Below, piece by piece: positions 50,481 through 63,249 of a stretch of 64,000 bases of DNA. The notes below the pieces were generated by a model that saw only the letters and a program-made list of their open reading frames with translations, ran no database searches and had not been told where the DNA came from. Positions within the stretch are counted from its first letter, which is position 1, and each line of letters starts with the position of its first letter. This DNA comes from Felis catus. Taxonomy: Eukaryota. Where the stretch lies: contig NC_058369.1 in the NCBI RefSeq assembly GCF_018350175.1, forward strand, positions 8,990,001 to 9,054,000, written 5' to 3'. The position numbers and the translations under genes were made by a program.

Positions 50481-50922
50481 GGGGAGGGTAGCGGAGACCT
50501 CAGGATAATTCCTCAGCTTGTGAGGCGGAGCTATCCCACCCTGTTATCACGGGCTTTTTCACGTCCTCTCTCTTCAGCTGGAAGAAATTCTGGCCCCTAA
50601 CCACCTTATGATCGGAGCCTTTATTTGCGCGGGGAAGGGGCAGGCCGTAACACATTCTATGAACTTCGAGGAGAGCTCCTAAAGGGGTCTTCCCAAGTCA
50701 CCACTTGGGAGTCTCGCCTCAGGGGTAAACGGGACACGAGCGTCATCCTAGGTCGAGGGCAGGATGAATCAGCTGGACTCAGGTCTTGGGTGAGGTACAG
50801 ACACACTTGCCCAGTCTGGATCCACTTCCACAGAGCTTCTCCTGCACCACCCTCCCCAGCCCCGAACCCCTTAGGTCCTCCGGCTTCCGATCGCAGGACC
50901 TGACCTCCCTGGTGCCCCAGGC

Positions 50923-50936
50923 CCACCAGGGGGCGC
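50923..50936 (+). promoter_or_regulatory. CTCF consensus site
   Basis: CCACCAGGGGGCGC, an exact match to the CTCF core consensus. Confidence 0.65.
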
Positions 50937-52694
50937 GCAGACTGCAGGAACGCAGCCTACGGGGAAGCAACGTGCCTTTTCTGAGACCCCGCCTTGGCAG
51001 TGGCGGGGGCTCAAAGGAAAGCGATAACAATAGTATTTAATAAAATCGCAGTCCCCATTTATTGAGTGTCTACAGTGTGCAGCCGCTGCGCTAAGCGATT
51101 TAAATACATAGGCGGCTGAAATCTCCCCATGACTCTAGGTGGCAAGAGCTGTTTCAATTCCTGGTCGCAGGAGAGTTAACAGAGGTTCTAAGTGGCTTTG
51201 GGAGGGTGGGGGGTGGGGGTAGTCCTGGCCCGCAGCCTTTGGCGCCAGAGTACCCCCGGCAGCTCCTCTCCCACGAGGCGGGCAAGGTAATGACCAGTAA
51301 TTAGAGGTTATTAGCTGTACCTGGAGGGAGGGGCGGGCTCCGCTTTGGGGGTGGGTCTAGGTCTGAGGGGAGGGGCGCTGCTCTCTCCAGCCCAGAGTTT
51401 GGCACCCGCGACCCTGTCCTCGAGCGGGTTGATCAGGATGACAGGAGCCGCCACGCCGCGTCACAGCAGCCCAGTCACTGTACCATCAGATACCCAGTTA
51501 CAGCCCACTCAGAAGCGCGGCCGCACGCACGCGAGGGCCTCCCGGGCCCGTCTACACCCCCATATCTCCTTCCCGCGTTGTTTTCGGCCTCCAACCCCTG
51601 GGAGCGGGGTGAGAGGGAGGAGGGAAGGGGACAAGGGCCGGCAGTGCCGGCTTCCGGACTGGGCTGCCTTCCGGCGGGCGTGGGAACAACTGCCGCTGGC
51701 TCCCCCTTCCCGCACCCACCGGAGGAAAGGGTGCTGCCAGTAGGGGGAAATGGGGCCACGCTGCTCCCAGGTAAAAGTGGACGATGGCCGGGAACTACGT
51801 CTATTACAAGGATGGGGTGCTAGGAATATTTGTGGGAGGGCCTGGTTGCCCAACGTTGGGAGACATGCTGTGACCGCCAAATATTTGGTGTGGGGTACCC
51901 AGTATTTGCAAAAGCCGCAGGGATCTTGATGTGTAAGAAAAATGTGGGAAACCAGCATGGACTGGAATTGTTCTAATGTGATTATGGGCTTTCTAGATGT
52001 TCAATGACCCGAGTCCCCAGATTTTAGGAAAGGTCTGGGTGCCTCAATTTGGGAGAGGATCCATTAACTCTCCATTTGGGGCGGAAGGGATTCTTGTGTG
52101 TGTGGGGAAAGGAAGCTCCCATGTTGGCAGGGAAGAGCAGCAATCTCTATTACGGGATGTAAGGAATCCCACTGTTGGGGGGATCCGGGTACCTTCAATT
52201 CAATGAAAGGGGTCACAAGCCCTCGTTTCCGGACAGGAAACGTATTTTGGCTGAAAGATGCGAACCTCCATTTTTGGTGGAGGGAGCCCCCAAATTTGGG
52301 GGATGGTCCAGAGGCCTCCATTAGTAGGGATGGAGAGTGTGGGTGGGGGCCGGCAGCCCCCAGCTGGTTTGGAGACCCCACCCCCTCCTGCCTGTTTCCA
52401 GGAACAGCTGGGCCCAGCCTGGGTTGTACTGCTGGGAAGCCGGTGACTCAGCCCCTCCCTGCGGCCACAGCTGGACCCCGGCCCGTCCCCTCCAGCTTTC
52501 ACATCTGGGCAGAGACCCACAGTCATGAGGGCTAGGACGGGGACCCTGGGTGCACACAATTGGGAGAATGATGCCCTTTCCCCAGGGCTGACCACAGCTG
52601 CTGGGTGGACACCATGCTCCATAGGAGGAGGGACCCTGGCAGGCCTTTCTGCACCAAAGACTGACATTTGGCCGGGAACTCCCATCCTGTCCTC

Positions 52695-52697
<3 letters not shown>

Positions 52698-52752
<55 letters not shown>
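52698..52752. repeat. (GT)n microsatellite
   Basis: About 27 GT units. Confidence 0.95.
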
Positions 52753-52753
<1 letters not shown>

Positions 52754-53579
52754 TGAGTCCATGTGAAGTGTGCTCATATTTATGTAGGTGTGAGATGGTG
52801 GGTCTGTGATTGTGGGTCTGCATCCACTTGTGTCTTGGGGCTCTAGGAATTGATGCAACAGACTATCTAGGATTTGATGGGAGTGGGGAAGCTGATGGGC
52901 ACTGGGGCACAATGCTTCTCTATATGCGACCTTGCTTTGTGTCTATATTCCTGTGTCATTTTTTTTTTGTATGAGAAGTGAATGTGTGACAATCAGTACT
53001 TCAGTGTGGCTTTAGATTGTGTTTCTGTGTGACCATGTCCTTTCTCTCCATCACGTGGCTTTCTGTGACAGCATGACCCTGGCATGTAGATCCTTGATTT
53101 TTCCACACCCCCCTGACAATCTGAGTGTCCCTGTGTGTGGCCTTGTGGGTTTGTCTGACTCTGACTTGTGTGCCCTGTTTGTGATGACCGTGAGACAGCA
53201 TGGCTGTTGTTTCTGTCCCCACCGTGTGTCTCTGTGCCTCTACAATCTCTGTGTGATAAGGCATAGCCATGTTGCAACTGGAGTCCTGATGTCCAAGACT
53301 TTGTATCTGTGGCTTACTTTGTCTTGATGGTGATGGTATGACCTTATCAGAGTATATCTATATATGCCACCTCTGTATGGAGATGGCCTTGTCTGTCTCC
53401 GTAAACAAAGAATGACAGGTGACCCTGTCCGCGTCTGCTGCGGGGTTTGGCTATACTACTGAACGCTTGTGCCATTGTAGGGCAGCTGTATCCTGTGTCC
53501 GTGTGACACTGTGGGTCATCAGAGAGTTTGTGACCTTGTGTGTGTGTGGGGGGGTTGTCAAAGTCACACGGGACACCAC

Positions 53580-54600
53580 CTCCAGCGGAGGCGGAGATGT
53601 GCGCAGTGGGCATCTGACGCCCCACCTCCCACTGCTCTATGCCTGGAAGGGCCCCTCCCGGCACTGCGGGGGCGCGTGCGTCGTGCGTGACGTGAGACAC
53701 GACGGGGATCGCTGCATGCGTGGAGCCCGACGCGGTCGTGCGTGCGAGCGCGGGGCGGGGGATGGGCTAGCTGCGTGCGCGTGTGCGTGGGCGGCCACGG
53801 GGGCTGGCCACGCGGGGCATAGCCCCGCCCCCCCCCGGGGCTTTGGGCGCGGGTGAAACCCGGGAGGGGGCCGCCGTTAACCCCTTCCTGGCGGACCTGA
53901 AACTAGTGGCCCCTCGACAGAGCGCGCGGGGGCTTCCCCGGCGCACCGGGGCCGTCCCTGCCGACCGAGGAACTCCCCCCATTGGAGCTGGGAGGACCAC
54001 CCCCCAGTTACCATGGGAACCGGAGCTTCCCGCGCGGCCTGGCGCTTGCTTCCTCCCCCCGCCCCCCAGCCTCCCCCCCAACCTCCTGCTCTTTCTGCAG
54101 CTCCGTAGTCCTTCGGCAATGCGCTTCCCGCCCCTGGTCTCTGGGGAAGGGGGCTGGGGTCAGCGAGGCTGGAGCATGCGTGACTCAGGCCAGCGCGGGG
54201 TCCCTTGGCCGCAACCGACCTTGCTCCCCCATCCCCGCCCACGTGACTCACCCTTCGCGGCTTTCCCCGAGTGTGAGTCAGGCCTCTGGGGAGGGGGCTC
54301 CGGGCTCTGAGACCCCCTCCAGGCCGTGGGGGCTGAGAACCAAGTTCTAGGGGGCCCTGGGCTGGGCGGCGGGGGATGGGGGCAGATGGTGTCTTCTTAG
54401 CCAGACCTCGCCAAGGTCGCTAGAGGTGCCTCCCCCCGCCCCCCAAGCCTCCGGGAACCCAGCTCCCCCCCCTCCCCGCCCCCCCCTCCAGCCCACAGGA
54501 AGTTTTGGCAGAGCCCATCGTGGCGACGAAACGGTTAAAGCCGTTTTCTTATTCATTTCAAACAGGGGCCCCTTTTGACTCAGAGCTAGCCGGGCGCCCC
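53580..54600. promoter_or_regulatory. Intergenic CpG island / putative JUNB distal enhancer
   Basis: CpG-rich with no coding exon. AP-1 TGA(C/G)TCA at 54181, 54244, 54274 and 54576; RFX-like GTTACCATGGGAAC at 54007-54020. Confidence 0.55.
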
Positions 54601-56345
54601 CTTGAGCCAGGCCTCATGGGCCCTGGGTTTACACTCCACCCTACACGTACCATTTTTAGAGAAGGGAAGGAAGGCGGTTGATGAGCTGGCTGGGGGGGGG
54701 GGGGGGGGGGGGTCTTGAGTAGCATTCAGAACTGGGTTCAAATGCTGCCTCTCTGGTCATTACTGCCTCGGTCTCAGTTTCCCCATCTGAAAATGGGGGA
54801 TAATTATACCTGGCCCATTGTGTTGTTGTGGGAATTAGGTGAATAATAGAGGGGACGCTTTGCATCCTGAGCTGGTCAAAGGAGTAGGAGGAGGCCTGGC
54901 AGGCAGAGGAGGGCCCAGGTTCCTCCTGTCTCTCAGGCCTGGGTGTCAAGGTGCCCAGCAGAAGCCAGTCCTTGCGGGGCGGGCTGTGCCCCACCCAGGC
55001 GCGCTGAGGCCATGGGGTTCATCCTGTCCGTCCACCCCCTGCCCCAGGCGGGCACCCAGGAAGTGAGAGGCGGGGCAGGAATGAGGCGGAACCTGTTGGG
55101 CCCGTTGCCTCCCCACCTCCCACCCTCATTCCGGGGCCCTGACAGGCCACCCCCCACCCCACGCTGCAACCCCACCCCCGCTGCCCTGGACGCCTGGGTC
55201 CTGACCCAAGGGTGGCCAGAGGGAGGGGATGTCGGCGGAGACAGCGTCTGGGGAACATCCTGTGGACTGCTGGCTGGACAGACTGGAGGGTCAGCCCCTC
55301 CCCGGGCAGGGCAGAAATCATCGGCTGGGGGCAGAGTAAACATGGCCCAGGGAGGCCAGACTTGGGGGAGGGGGTGGCACAGGGACTACACACACACACA
55401 GTCACCCCGAAAGAGACCAGTCCAGACACACAAACCCTTGTCACCTTGGCCACAGAGAGACTGCCACGCAGGGACACGCTGACAGGGTCAGACACACATC
55501 TGGGCAAGCCGACCCAGTGACAGCTATCACGCCCAGGGCAGTGACAGTGCGGACTCAGGAGCAAAACCGAAATGCTGCCCAACCCGCGAAGACACTGGCA
55601 GGTCAGAAGCCCACAGGCAGGGCCCGCGTGACGGGTAAATCAAGTGGGCACACAGGCAAGATGGGCACACTGACCACGACACGCACAGAAAGACACTGAC
55701 TTTCCCAGCGAGAAGCACACACCCCAGTAGACAGAGTGCCACGCTCACGTTCACGCCAAGACCGACACGATAGGCCAGCGAGACAGGAGAGAGACCTAGA
55801 AGAACTGGATGTCGGACGCAGGCAGGCAACACGCATCTCGATAGACCCAGAAAGAAGACACAGTCGCTTTCAGCACAGGTACCTCTACTGCCGCACAGGA
55901 GATGTTTAGACAAACACACACACACACACACACACGCCACCGTCGGATCCTGACACAAGAAAAAGAGACACACGCGCACACACGCACACAACCAAAGACT
56001 GCCAGCTCAGAAAGGGACTCGGAGGCAAGAGACACAAACCTCAGCCTATGGAGAGGACACAGATACGCCATCACACAGAGCCCCAGCCACCCACCCGCAC
56101 TGCCCACACCCTCCAAGGCTCCAAAGGACACTAAGACACAGCCTTGCAGATTCCCAGTACCTCAGCAGCAACACACACAAGTCCGACCCACCTACAGACT
56201 AGACAGAGGCAAGCAGACAAACGGACATATTTACAGACATGGTCTGGCCAGACAGTCACGCCCAACACAGAGAGGCACGAACAAGCCACAGCCGGACATT
56301 CGTAAACACACTGGCACAGGGACACCCTGACAGGACCTGTTGGCT

Positions 56346-56348
<3 letters not shown>

Positions 56349-56386
<38 letters not shown>
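56349..56386. repeat. (CA)n microsatellite
   Basis: About 19 CA units. Confidence 0.95.
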
Positions 56387-56387
<1 letters not shown>

Positions 56388-59300
56388 AGATGTGAACAGG
56401 TCGGCCCTGTGAACTCCAAAACATGGGTCGGCCACATGCAACCTGTGTCATGCATGCACACTCACCCACCTCCCCGTCCCCTAAATCGGACAGTCCCTAC
56501 ACACCCCTGCAGGGCTGGGCCAACACACAGACGACGCATGCACTGAGGAGGCAGGCCTCACACGCACTCTCACACGCCCTGACAGGCCAGCGACGTGCAG
56601 ACCCACGGCCAAACAGAAACACACACGCTCCCGGACCGTGCTGAGGTGCTGTGGGGCTCTGTGCTTCCCAGCCGGTTTCTGCGCCGCGCCCCCCCCCCCC
56701 CATCCCGGTGCTTCCTCTCTCCAAACATCGCCCCCCCCCCCACTTCCCTCCCTCCCTGCTGTTTGTCACTTCCCCTAGGAGGCCCAGCTCATCAGGCCCA
56801 GTCCTTGGTGGGGTGTGGGCCTATATTTTCACCACATCCCCTGTAGAGGGGGGCACCCAGGATGTGTGCCGTGTTCAGGCCCCCCCAAGACCTTTCCAGC
56901 AGTCGGGGGGACAGAAGTAGCTTTGTGGGAAACTCCCCTGATGCCCAGCTGAGTCAGCCTGAGGAGCCAGACTCTCCTTCCTGCTTCCAAGAAAACCCAG
57001 AAGCTTCCTCTCCAGGAGAGGGGGTGAGGGACCCCCAAACCACAGAGGTGGGGGAGGGAGGTGGCCGGCAGGCCAGGGGTTCCTGGAGGAGGGCCTCCGT
57101 GATCCTCAGCCTCTTCCTGCCCAGCTGTCTGTCCACACCCAGGGGCAGGGACGCGGGAGGCTGGGTGCTATGACTTGTGGGTTCTCGCCCTGGCCTGCCC
57201 ACTGGCTGACTCACGGGCAGCCCCCGGCCCAGTTTCCTGGTGAGGGCTCCGGCTGGTCAGTGGGGCTGGGGCAAGGGGGTCACCAGGCTATTTATAAGAA
57301 GGAGAAGTCCCTCAAGGCCAAAAGCCCCAGAGAGACCTGTGGGTGGGGGTGGGTGAACTTCCTCCTTATTCCGCTCCCCAGGCCCCAGGCCCCAGGGCGT
57401 TGGAGAAGTCTGGGCACAGACTCCTCCGCCAGATGCTGATCTGAAGCCCAGGGGCTGGGCAGGACCCAGCTGCCAGTTTGGGCACCCAGGCTGGGTGGGG
57501 GAGGGGGCTATCCTTACACCCTCCTCACAGCCGGCCTTGGCGCCAGTGGGGCGGCGTGAGGGGGTGGTGCCCAGGCCACAAGGGTGAGACTGGCAGGGGC
57601 CTGGAACCGGCTGTACCAGCTCGGCTGGGCCCCCGCCCTCCCTTGCTGGCCCAATCCCCACCCCCTGCTCAAACACCCATGCCGAGTACATGGAGGAACC
57701 CGACCCCACTCCATGCTAGCCTGTCCCCACCCCCCCCACCCCTCAGCCCTGTGCCCAACTCCCATTTCTCCCCAGATTAAAGGAGACCCTTCGTGAAATG
57801 GCCTGCAGAGCCGGACATACAGTTGGCACAGCATAAACACCTCTCTGGTTGTGAAAATCCGCGGGATAGTGGCTAATACTGTGGAGCTGGCCGGCTCAGG
57901 TTCTATTCTGACTCCAGCCCTTGTAGCTATGAGGTTATCAGGCAAGTTCCTTACCTCCCTGTCTCAGTTTTCTTGTCTGTTAAATGGGAACACAAACAGC
58001 ATGCGCTTCGCTGGGTTGCTGGAAGCGGGCAATGGGCAATGAGTGCCTGGCCCATGTTAAGTGTCAGCTATTAAAATAATAATTATTATTCCGCAGTCTG
58101 TCTGCCTATCTTAAGTGTCTCTGAGTCTCACTGTTAGTCTGCATGACGCTAACCCTGTCCCCGGTTTGTCTCTCTGGGCATCTCTCCCTGCCCTGACCCC
58201 CCCGCCCCCATACATCCACTTGTCCTCGCTCCAATCTTTGTCCTCCGTCTCGACCCTCTGTGGGCCAGCCTCACCTCTCTCCAGGACTCCCCTGGCATGG
58301 GCAACCTCAGCACTGGCCAGCGCTGATTCACTCTGGCCTCCTGGCCTCTGGGACCTGCAGGCTGGCTTCCCAAGATGCTGCCCTCAGGCCAGACCTGCCC
58401 AGCCCCCCAACGCTGCCTGCTGCGCCCCCGCAGGGCCCGGCCAGATGTCAGCTGCAGTTATTAGCATGGGCGGGAGACACAGGCCTGGCAGCAAGCCCGC
58501 CAGACTCAGCGGCCAGCCGCTGGAATCTCCCTCGAGCCCGGGGTGGGGTTAGGGGAGCAGTTCAAGCAGGAGGAGGAGGGGAGGGGGCACCCTGGGGTCA
58601 CAAGGACCCTCCAAAGATGGGGATACCCCTAGCTTCTCATGGGACCTTCCTTTCTAACTCCACTGCTGTGCTGGACTTCCCCCTGCCCCCACATAGCTCA
58701 GTTTCTTTTTTGCGTTTCATTTTCCTTCTCTCCCTCATAGTTGCTGTGCTCTCTGCCTGCCCTACAAAGGCAGGCTAGCCCCCGTCCCTCAGCCTGTCCC
58801 TACCCTAAAGAAACTTCTATCTTTCCAGAACCTAGAGGCCTCTCTCTCTCAGAGAGGGAGAGAGAGACCGAGTTTCTCACCTGTTGTTCCTATTGGCACA
58901 CATTCTAACTGCTTGGAAGTCCCACCTTAAGTCTACCTAGGAGCCTCACCATCTAAACCTCCCATACAGTACCGGGGAAGGGGCACTGGGTTCCCGCAGA
59001 TTCCCTCCCTTCGGATTTTCTGGTCTCCTCGGACTGGATGGAGATGAAGGAGACACCCTGGGGAGGGAAGGGACACCCCCAACTTCAGGTATTCCGAATG
59101 GTTGACGGACCCCCAGACTAACATAGGAGTAGGGCGCCTAGCCCACTGGAGGGAAGAGGCATTCCGGCCCCTAGGGATGTGGGGGGAGGGGCTTGGGCCT
59201 CTCGGCGGAAAGGAAGGGTACCCCACCCGAGGAAGGAGGCAGTCGTGCCAGCCCGCCCAGGCGCCGGGGGCGCCTCGAGACATTGGCCCGCCCCTCCGCG

Positions 59301-59559
59301 CCCTGTCGGGCCGGGGGCGAAGTCCGACCCAGGCCCGCGGGCAGGCGGGGACCTGCCGGGCTGGGCCGGGCCGGGCCCGGCAGGACGCAGCCCCAGAGCG
59401 GCTGGGTGGGGCCCGGCGAGGCGGCCGTGGGGGCCTCGGGGGCGGCGGCGGGGCTGGTCGGGACTAGCCGTCCGGGGGCCCGGGCGCGCCCTGGGACCTG
59501 GCAGATACCCGGGCTCCCGGGTCCTGGCTCGGGGCCCCGGGCCAGCGCTGGTCCCACCC

Positions 59560-59579
59560 CTTCCTGTGTCCTTATATGG
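59560..59579 (+). promoter_or_regulatory. Upstream serum response element of JUNB (ETS + CArG)
   Basis: CTTCCTG at 59560-59566 next to a perfect CArG CCTTATATGG at 59570-59579, ~1.5 kb upstream of the JUNB TATA. Confidence 0.8.
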
Positions 59580-60959
59580 GGCGTCGGGGAGAGACTCCTG
59601 GGCCGTCCCGCCCCCAGTCCTGCCCGCGGACTCCGGCCTGTTGCCATGGCGACCAGGCCCCGCGCCCCGGTGTGTCCCCCTCCATCGGGCTAATGGAATC
59701 GTCCCCGGACTGCCTGCCTCCGTGATCGTCTGCGGGCACCGCGGGCTGAACCATTGCTGGGAGAGGGGTACAGTGACTGGAGGCCAAGGCGGCTGGGCGA
59801 GTTCTGCGCACCCTGGCCTCGGCCGGGGTCGCACGTCCAGGTTCCTCTTCGGAGGCGCAGAACCCGACCGGACCCTGGGCGGGGCTCACGGTCCTGTAGG
59901 AATCGAGTGACGGAGGCAGGGCCGGGCTCCTTCCCCCGGGGGCTGTTGCCACACTTCCTGCCGCGGCGCTCTTTCCCCAGCCTGTTTCTAAGGAAGGAGT
60001 GGGGTTGGGCGACCGCGCCCCGGCCGTCGGGGTAGGTTCAGGCACTAGGAGCCGACGCAGGGTCGGTCGAGCCCAGGGTCACTGGGGGAGGGCTTTGAGA
60101 CGGGAACAAAGTATACAGGCGCCTAGAAGTCACCCACAAGAAGGGGTGCCAATCCTGGAAGATCCAGTAATCCAAATCCTCAGAATCCTCAAAAACCCCT
60201 CCTCTCGTGTCTCAACGGGAGACCCTGTGTCATTGTCATCTCAGCTCTGAAGGTGTGTCCCTAACCTTTTAGCTCTTCTTCATAAAGGCTTCGCAGATGA
60301 CCCCAATGACCCCCAGCCCCTGATAGTGTCCCCATCTTCTCACCCCCGTATTTTCCCTGACTCAGTGTACCCCGGAAACCTCACCTTCTACATATCTAGA
60401 TGCCCCCACCCATCCCCAATTTCTTCCCCTTATGGAGGCCCTCAGTATCTCCCATGGACTTCAGGACCCCTACTAGTTTCTTACATAATGGAACCTCTAG
60501 CCCCTCCCATTACCCTTTTGATTCCCCACCCCCACCTTTCCTGGGTTCAGTCCTTCCAGTAGAACTTCAAATCCTTCAAACCCTCTGTACTCAAGACCCC
60601 CCCCCCCACACACACAATTCCTGAATCAGGCATTTCCTTACCTTTCCCTCATATACCCTGCTAACCCTCCCATCTCACCTTTGTGGGGTCTCCCAGGTGT
60701 GTTACCAGCCTTCCAACCCCCCTCGGATACTGCGAGTCCCTCGGGCCTTTTTTCATGTGTACCCTGGAGCCCTCCCCCCTTCTCTCCCCCCCCCTCCCCC
60801 GCCCATACACACACTTGCTCTGTATCAGTTTTTGGTATCCAGGGGAATCATCGCCTTCCCTGGAGTCCCTCCCTGTGTGCCTCGGACCAGCACCCCTTTC
60901 TTCACGCACTCCGGGGTCCCTGGAGCCCCTCCCCCCTGCAGCCGCGGCGAGCCACCCAG

Positions 60960-61140
60960 CCCGTGGCCGCTGTTTACAAGGACACGCGCTTCCTGACAGT
61001 GACGCGAGCCGCCTCCTCCCCTTCCCCACGCTGGAGGAGGGGGGCGCGGGGGCCCGGCTCGCGCGACGGCCAATCGGAGCGCACTTCCGTGGCTGACAAT
61101 CGAGGTATAAAGGCGTGTGGCTCAGGCTGAGCTGCCGGGA
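60960..61140 (+). promoter_or_regulatory. JUNB: JUNB proximal promoter
   Basis: TGTTTAC at 60971; STAT-like TTCCTGACA at 60990-60998 plus CRE-like TGACGCGA at 61000-61007 (JRE-IL6 architecture); CCAAT at 61070; ETS CACTTCCG at 61082; TATAAA at 61106-61111. Confidence 0.85.
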
Positions 61141-61422
61141 CCTTGAGCGCCGCCAGGCCAGCGTCGGAGTCAGCAGGGAGCGGGGGAGCAGGGGGAAGCG
61201 ACACCAGGAAAGCGAGCGCGCCAGACAGGGGCAGAGGGGCTCGAGAAGCCGCGCAGAGCTTCCGCGCACAGCCGCCGGCTGGCTTCTCCCGGCCGGTGCC
61301 AGCTCCTGGGAACGCGCATCCAGATACCCAGTCCAGCCACCGTCGCGGACAGAGCGCCGTTCGCTGCAGCGAGGCCCGGGGCGGCCCCGCAGGGACCCCC
61401 CCAGACCGCCTGGGCCGCCCGG

Positions 61423-62466
61423 ATGTGCACTAAAATGGAACAGCCCTTCTACCACGACGACTCATACGCAGCAGCGGGATACGGCCGGGCTCCGGGCGGC
61501 CTTTCTCTACACGACTACAAACTCCTGAAACCCAGCCTGGCGCTCAACCTGGCCGACCCTTACCGAAGTCTCAAAGCGCCCGGGGCGCGGGGCCCAGGAC
61601 CAGAGGGCAGCGGTGGCAGCAGCTACTTTTCCGGCCAAGGTTCGGACACAGGCGCATCGCTCAAGCTTGCCTCATCAGAGCTGGAGCGCCTGATCGTCCC
61701 CAACAGCAACGGTGTGATCACGACGACGCCCACGCCCCCGGGACAGTACTTTTACCCCCGCGGGGGAGGCAGCGGCGGAGGTGCGGGGGGCGCCGGGGGC
61801 GGTGTCACCGAGGAGCAGGAGGGCTTCGCTGACGGCTTTGTCAAAGCCCTGGACGACCTGCACAAGATGAACCACGTGACGCCCCCCAACGTGTCCCTGG
61901 GCGCCAGCTCTGGGCCCCCGGCTGGGCCCGGGGGCGTCTACGCCGGCCCGGAGCCTCCTCCCGTCTACACCAACCTCAGCAGCTATTCCCCAGCCTCTGC
62001 GCCCTCTGGAGGCGCCGGGGCCGCCGTCGGGACTGGGAGCTCGTACCCGACGGCCACCATCAGCTACCTCCCACACGCACCGCCCTTCGCTGGCGGCCAC
62101 CCGGCGCAACTGGGTCTGGGCCGCGGCGCTTCCACCTTCAAGGAGGAACCGCAGACCGTGCCTGAGGCGCGCAGCCGTGACGCCACGCCACCGGTGTCCC
62201 CCATCAATNNNNNNNNNNNNNNNNNNNNNNNNNNNNNNNNNNNNNNNNNNNNNNNNNNNNNNNNNNNNNNNNNNNNNNNNNNNNNNNNNNNNNNNNNNNN
62301 NNNNNNNNNNNNNNNNNNNNNNNNNNNNNNNNNNNNNNNNAACGCGGGGCTGTCGAGCACTGCTGGGCTCCTTCGGGAACAAGTGGCCCAGCTTAAACAG
62401 AAGGTCATGACCCATGTCAGCAACGGCTGCCAGCTGCTGCTCGGGGTCAAGGGACACGCCTTCTGA
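61423..62466 (+). CDS. JUNB: Transcription factor JunB (AP-1), intronless, 347 aa
   Basis: [15 protein letters not shown]...[17 protein letters not shown]...[30 protein letters not shown]. The basic region is masked by the N gap 62209-62340. Confidence 0.98.
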   Translation: MCTKMEQPFYHDDSYAAAGYGRAPGGLSLHDYKLLKPSLALNLADPYRSLKAPGARGPGPEGSGGSSYFSGQGSDTGASLKLASSELERLIVPNSNGVITTTPTPPGQYFYPRGGGSGGGAGGAGGGVTEEQEGFADGFVKALDDLHKMNHVTPPNVSLGASSGPPAGPGGVYAGPEPPPVYTNLSSYSPASAPSGGAGAAVGTGSSYPTATISYLPHAPPFAGGHPAQLGLGRGASTFKEEPQTVPEARSRDATPPVSPINXXXXXXXXXXXXXXXXXXXXXXXXXXXXXXXXXXXXXXXXXXXXNAGLSSTAGLLREQVAQLKQKVMTHVSNGCQLLLGVKGHAF

Positions 62467-63249
62467 GCGCCCCCCCCCCACCCCCCGTACGGACATCCCT
62501 CAGTCTGGACGACTGGGCGCACGCCTCCCACGGGGCGAGGGGGCAGGCGGTGGGCATCGGCCCCCGGGGCACCGCAAACCACACTGGACTCCTGCCNNNN
62601 NNNNNNNNNNNNNNNNNNNNNNNNNNNNNNNNNNNNNNNNNNNNNNNNNNNNNNNNNNNNNNNNNNNNNNNNNNNNNNNNNNNNNNNNNNNNNNNNNNNN
62701 NNNNNNNNNNNNNNNNNNNNNNNNNNNNNNNNNNNNNNNNNNNNNNNNNNNNNNNNNNNNNNNNNNNNNNNNNNNNNNNNNNNNNNNNNCGCGGGGACAC
62801 TGGGGAAGGGACCCCCGCCCCCTGTCCTCCCCCCTCTGCACTGTACTGTGGATAAGAAACACGCACTTGGTCTCTAAANNNNNNNNNNNNNNNNNNNNNN
62901 NNNNNNNNNNNNNNNNNNNNNNNNNNNNNNNNNNNNNNNNNNNNNNNNNNNNNNNNNNNNNNNNNNNNNNNNNNNNNNNNNNNNNNNNNNNNNNNNNNNN
63001 NNNNNNNNNNNNGAGAATACTGGGCTGCCCCCACCCCACTCCTGTTTGTGCCTCCTGTATCTGTGTCCTCGCCAGCTCTACCCGAGCATCTTGTATCCCT
63101 ATTCCGGGCGTCCAACCCTTCTCTTGTCGCCTGATCTCTGGGGTTGGAAGGTCCAGGGCGGGGACGCTGTCCAGCCGCCCATCACCGGGGGGCAGGAGGC
63201 CTGGGGCGAGACGCGCAGTGCGCGGGCGCAGCCCCGCCCAGCTGCGCGC

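Noticed and set aside
58840-58868. (CT)n/(GA)n short palindrome
   Set aside because: Low-complexity sequence with no miRNA-like or other supporting context.
59118-60045. Several overlapping 150-240-aa ORFs
   Set aside because: CpG-island, stop-poor sequence with Gly/Pro/Arg bias; the regulatory motifs explain the region better.
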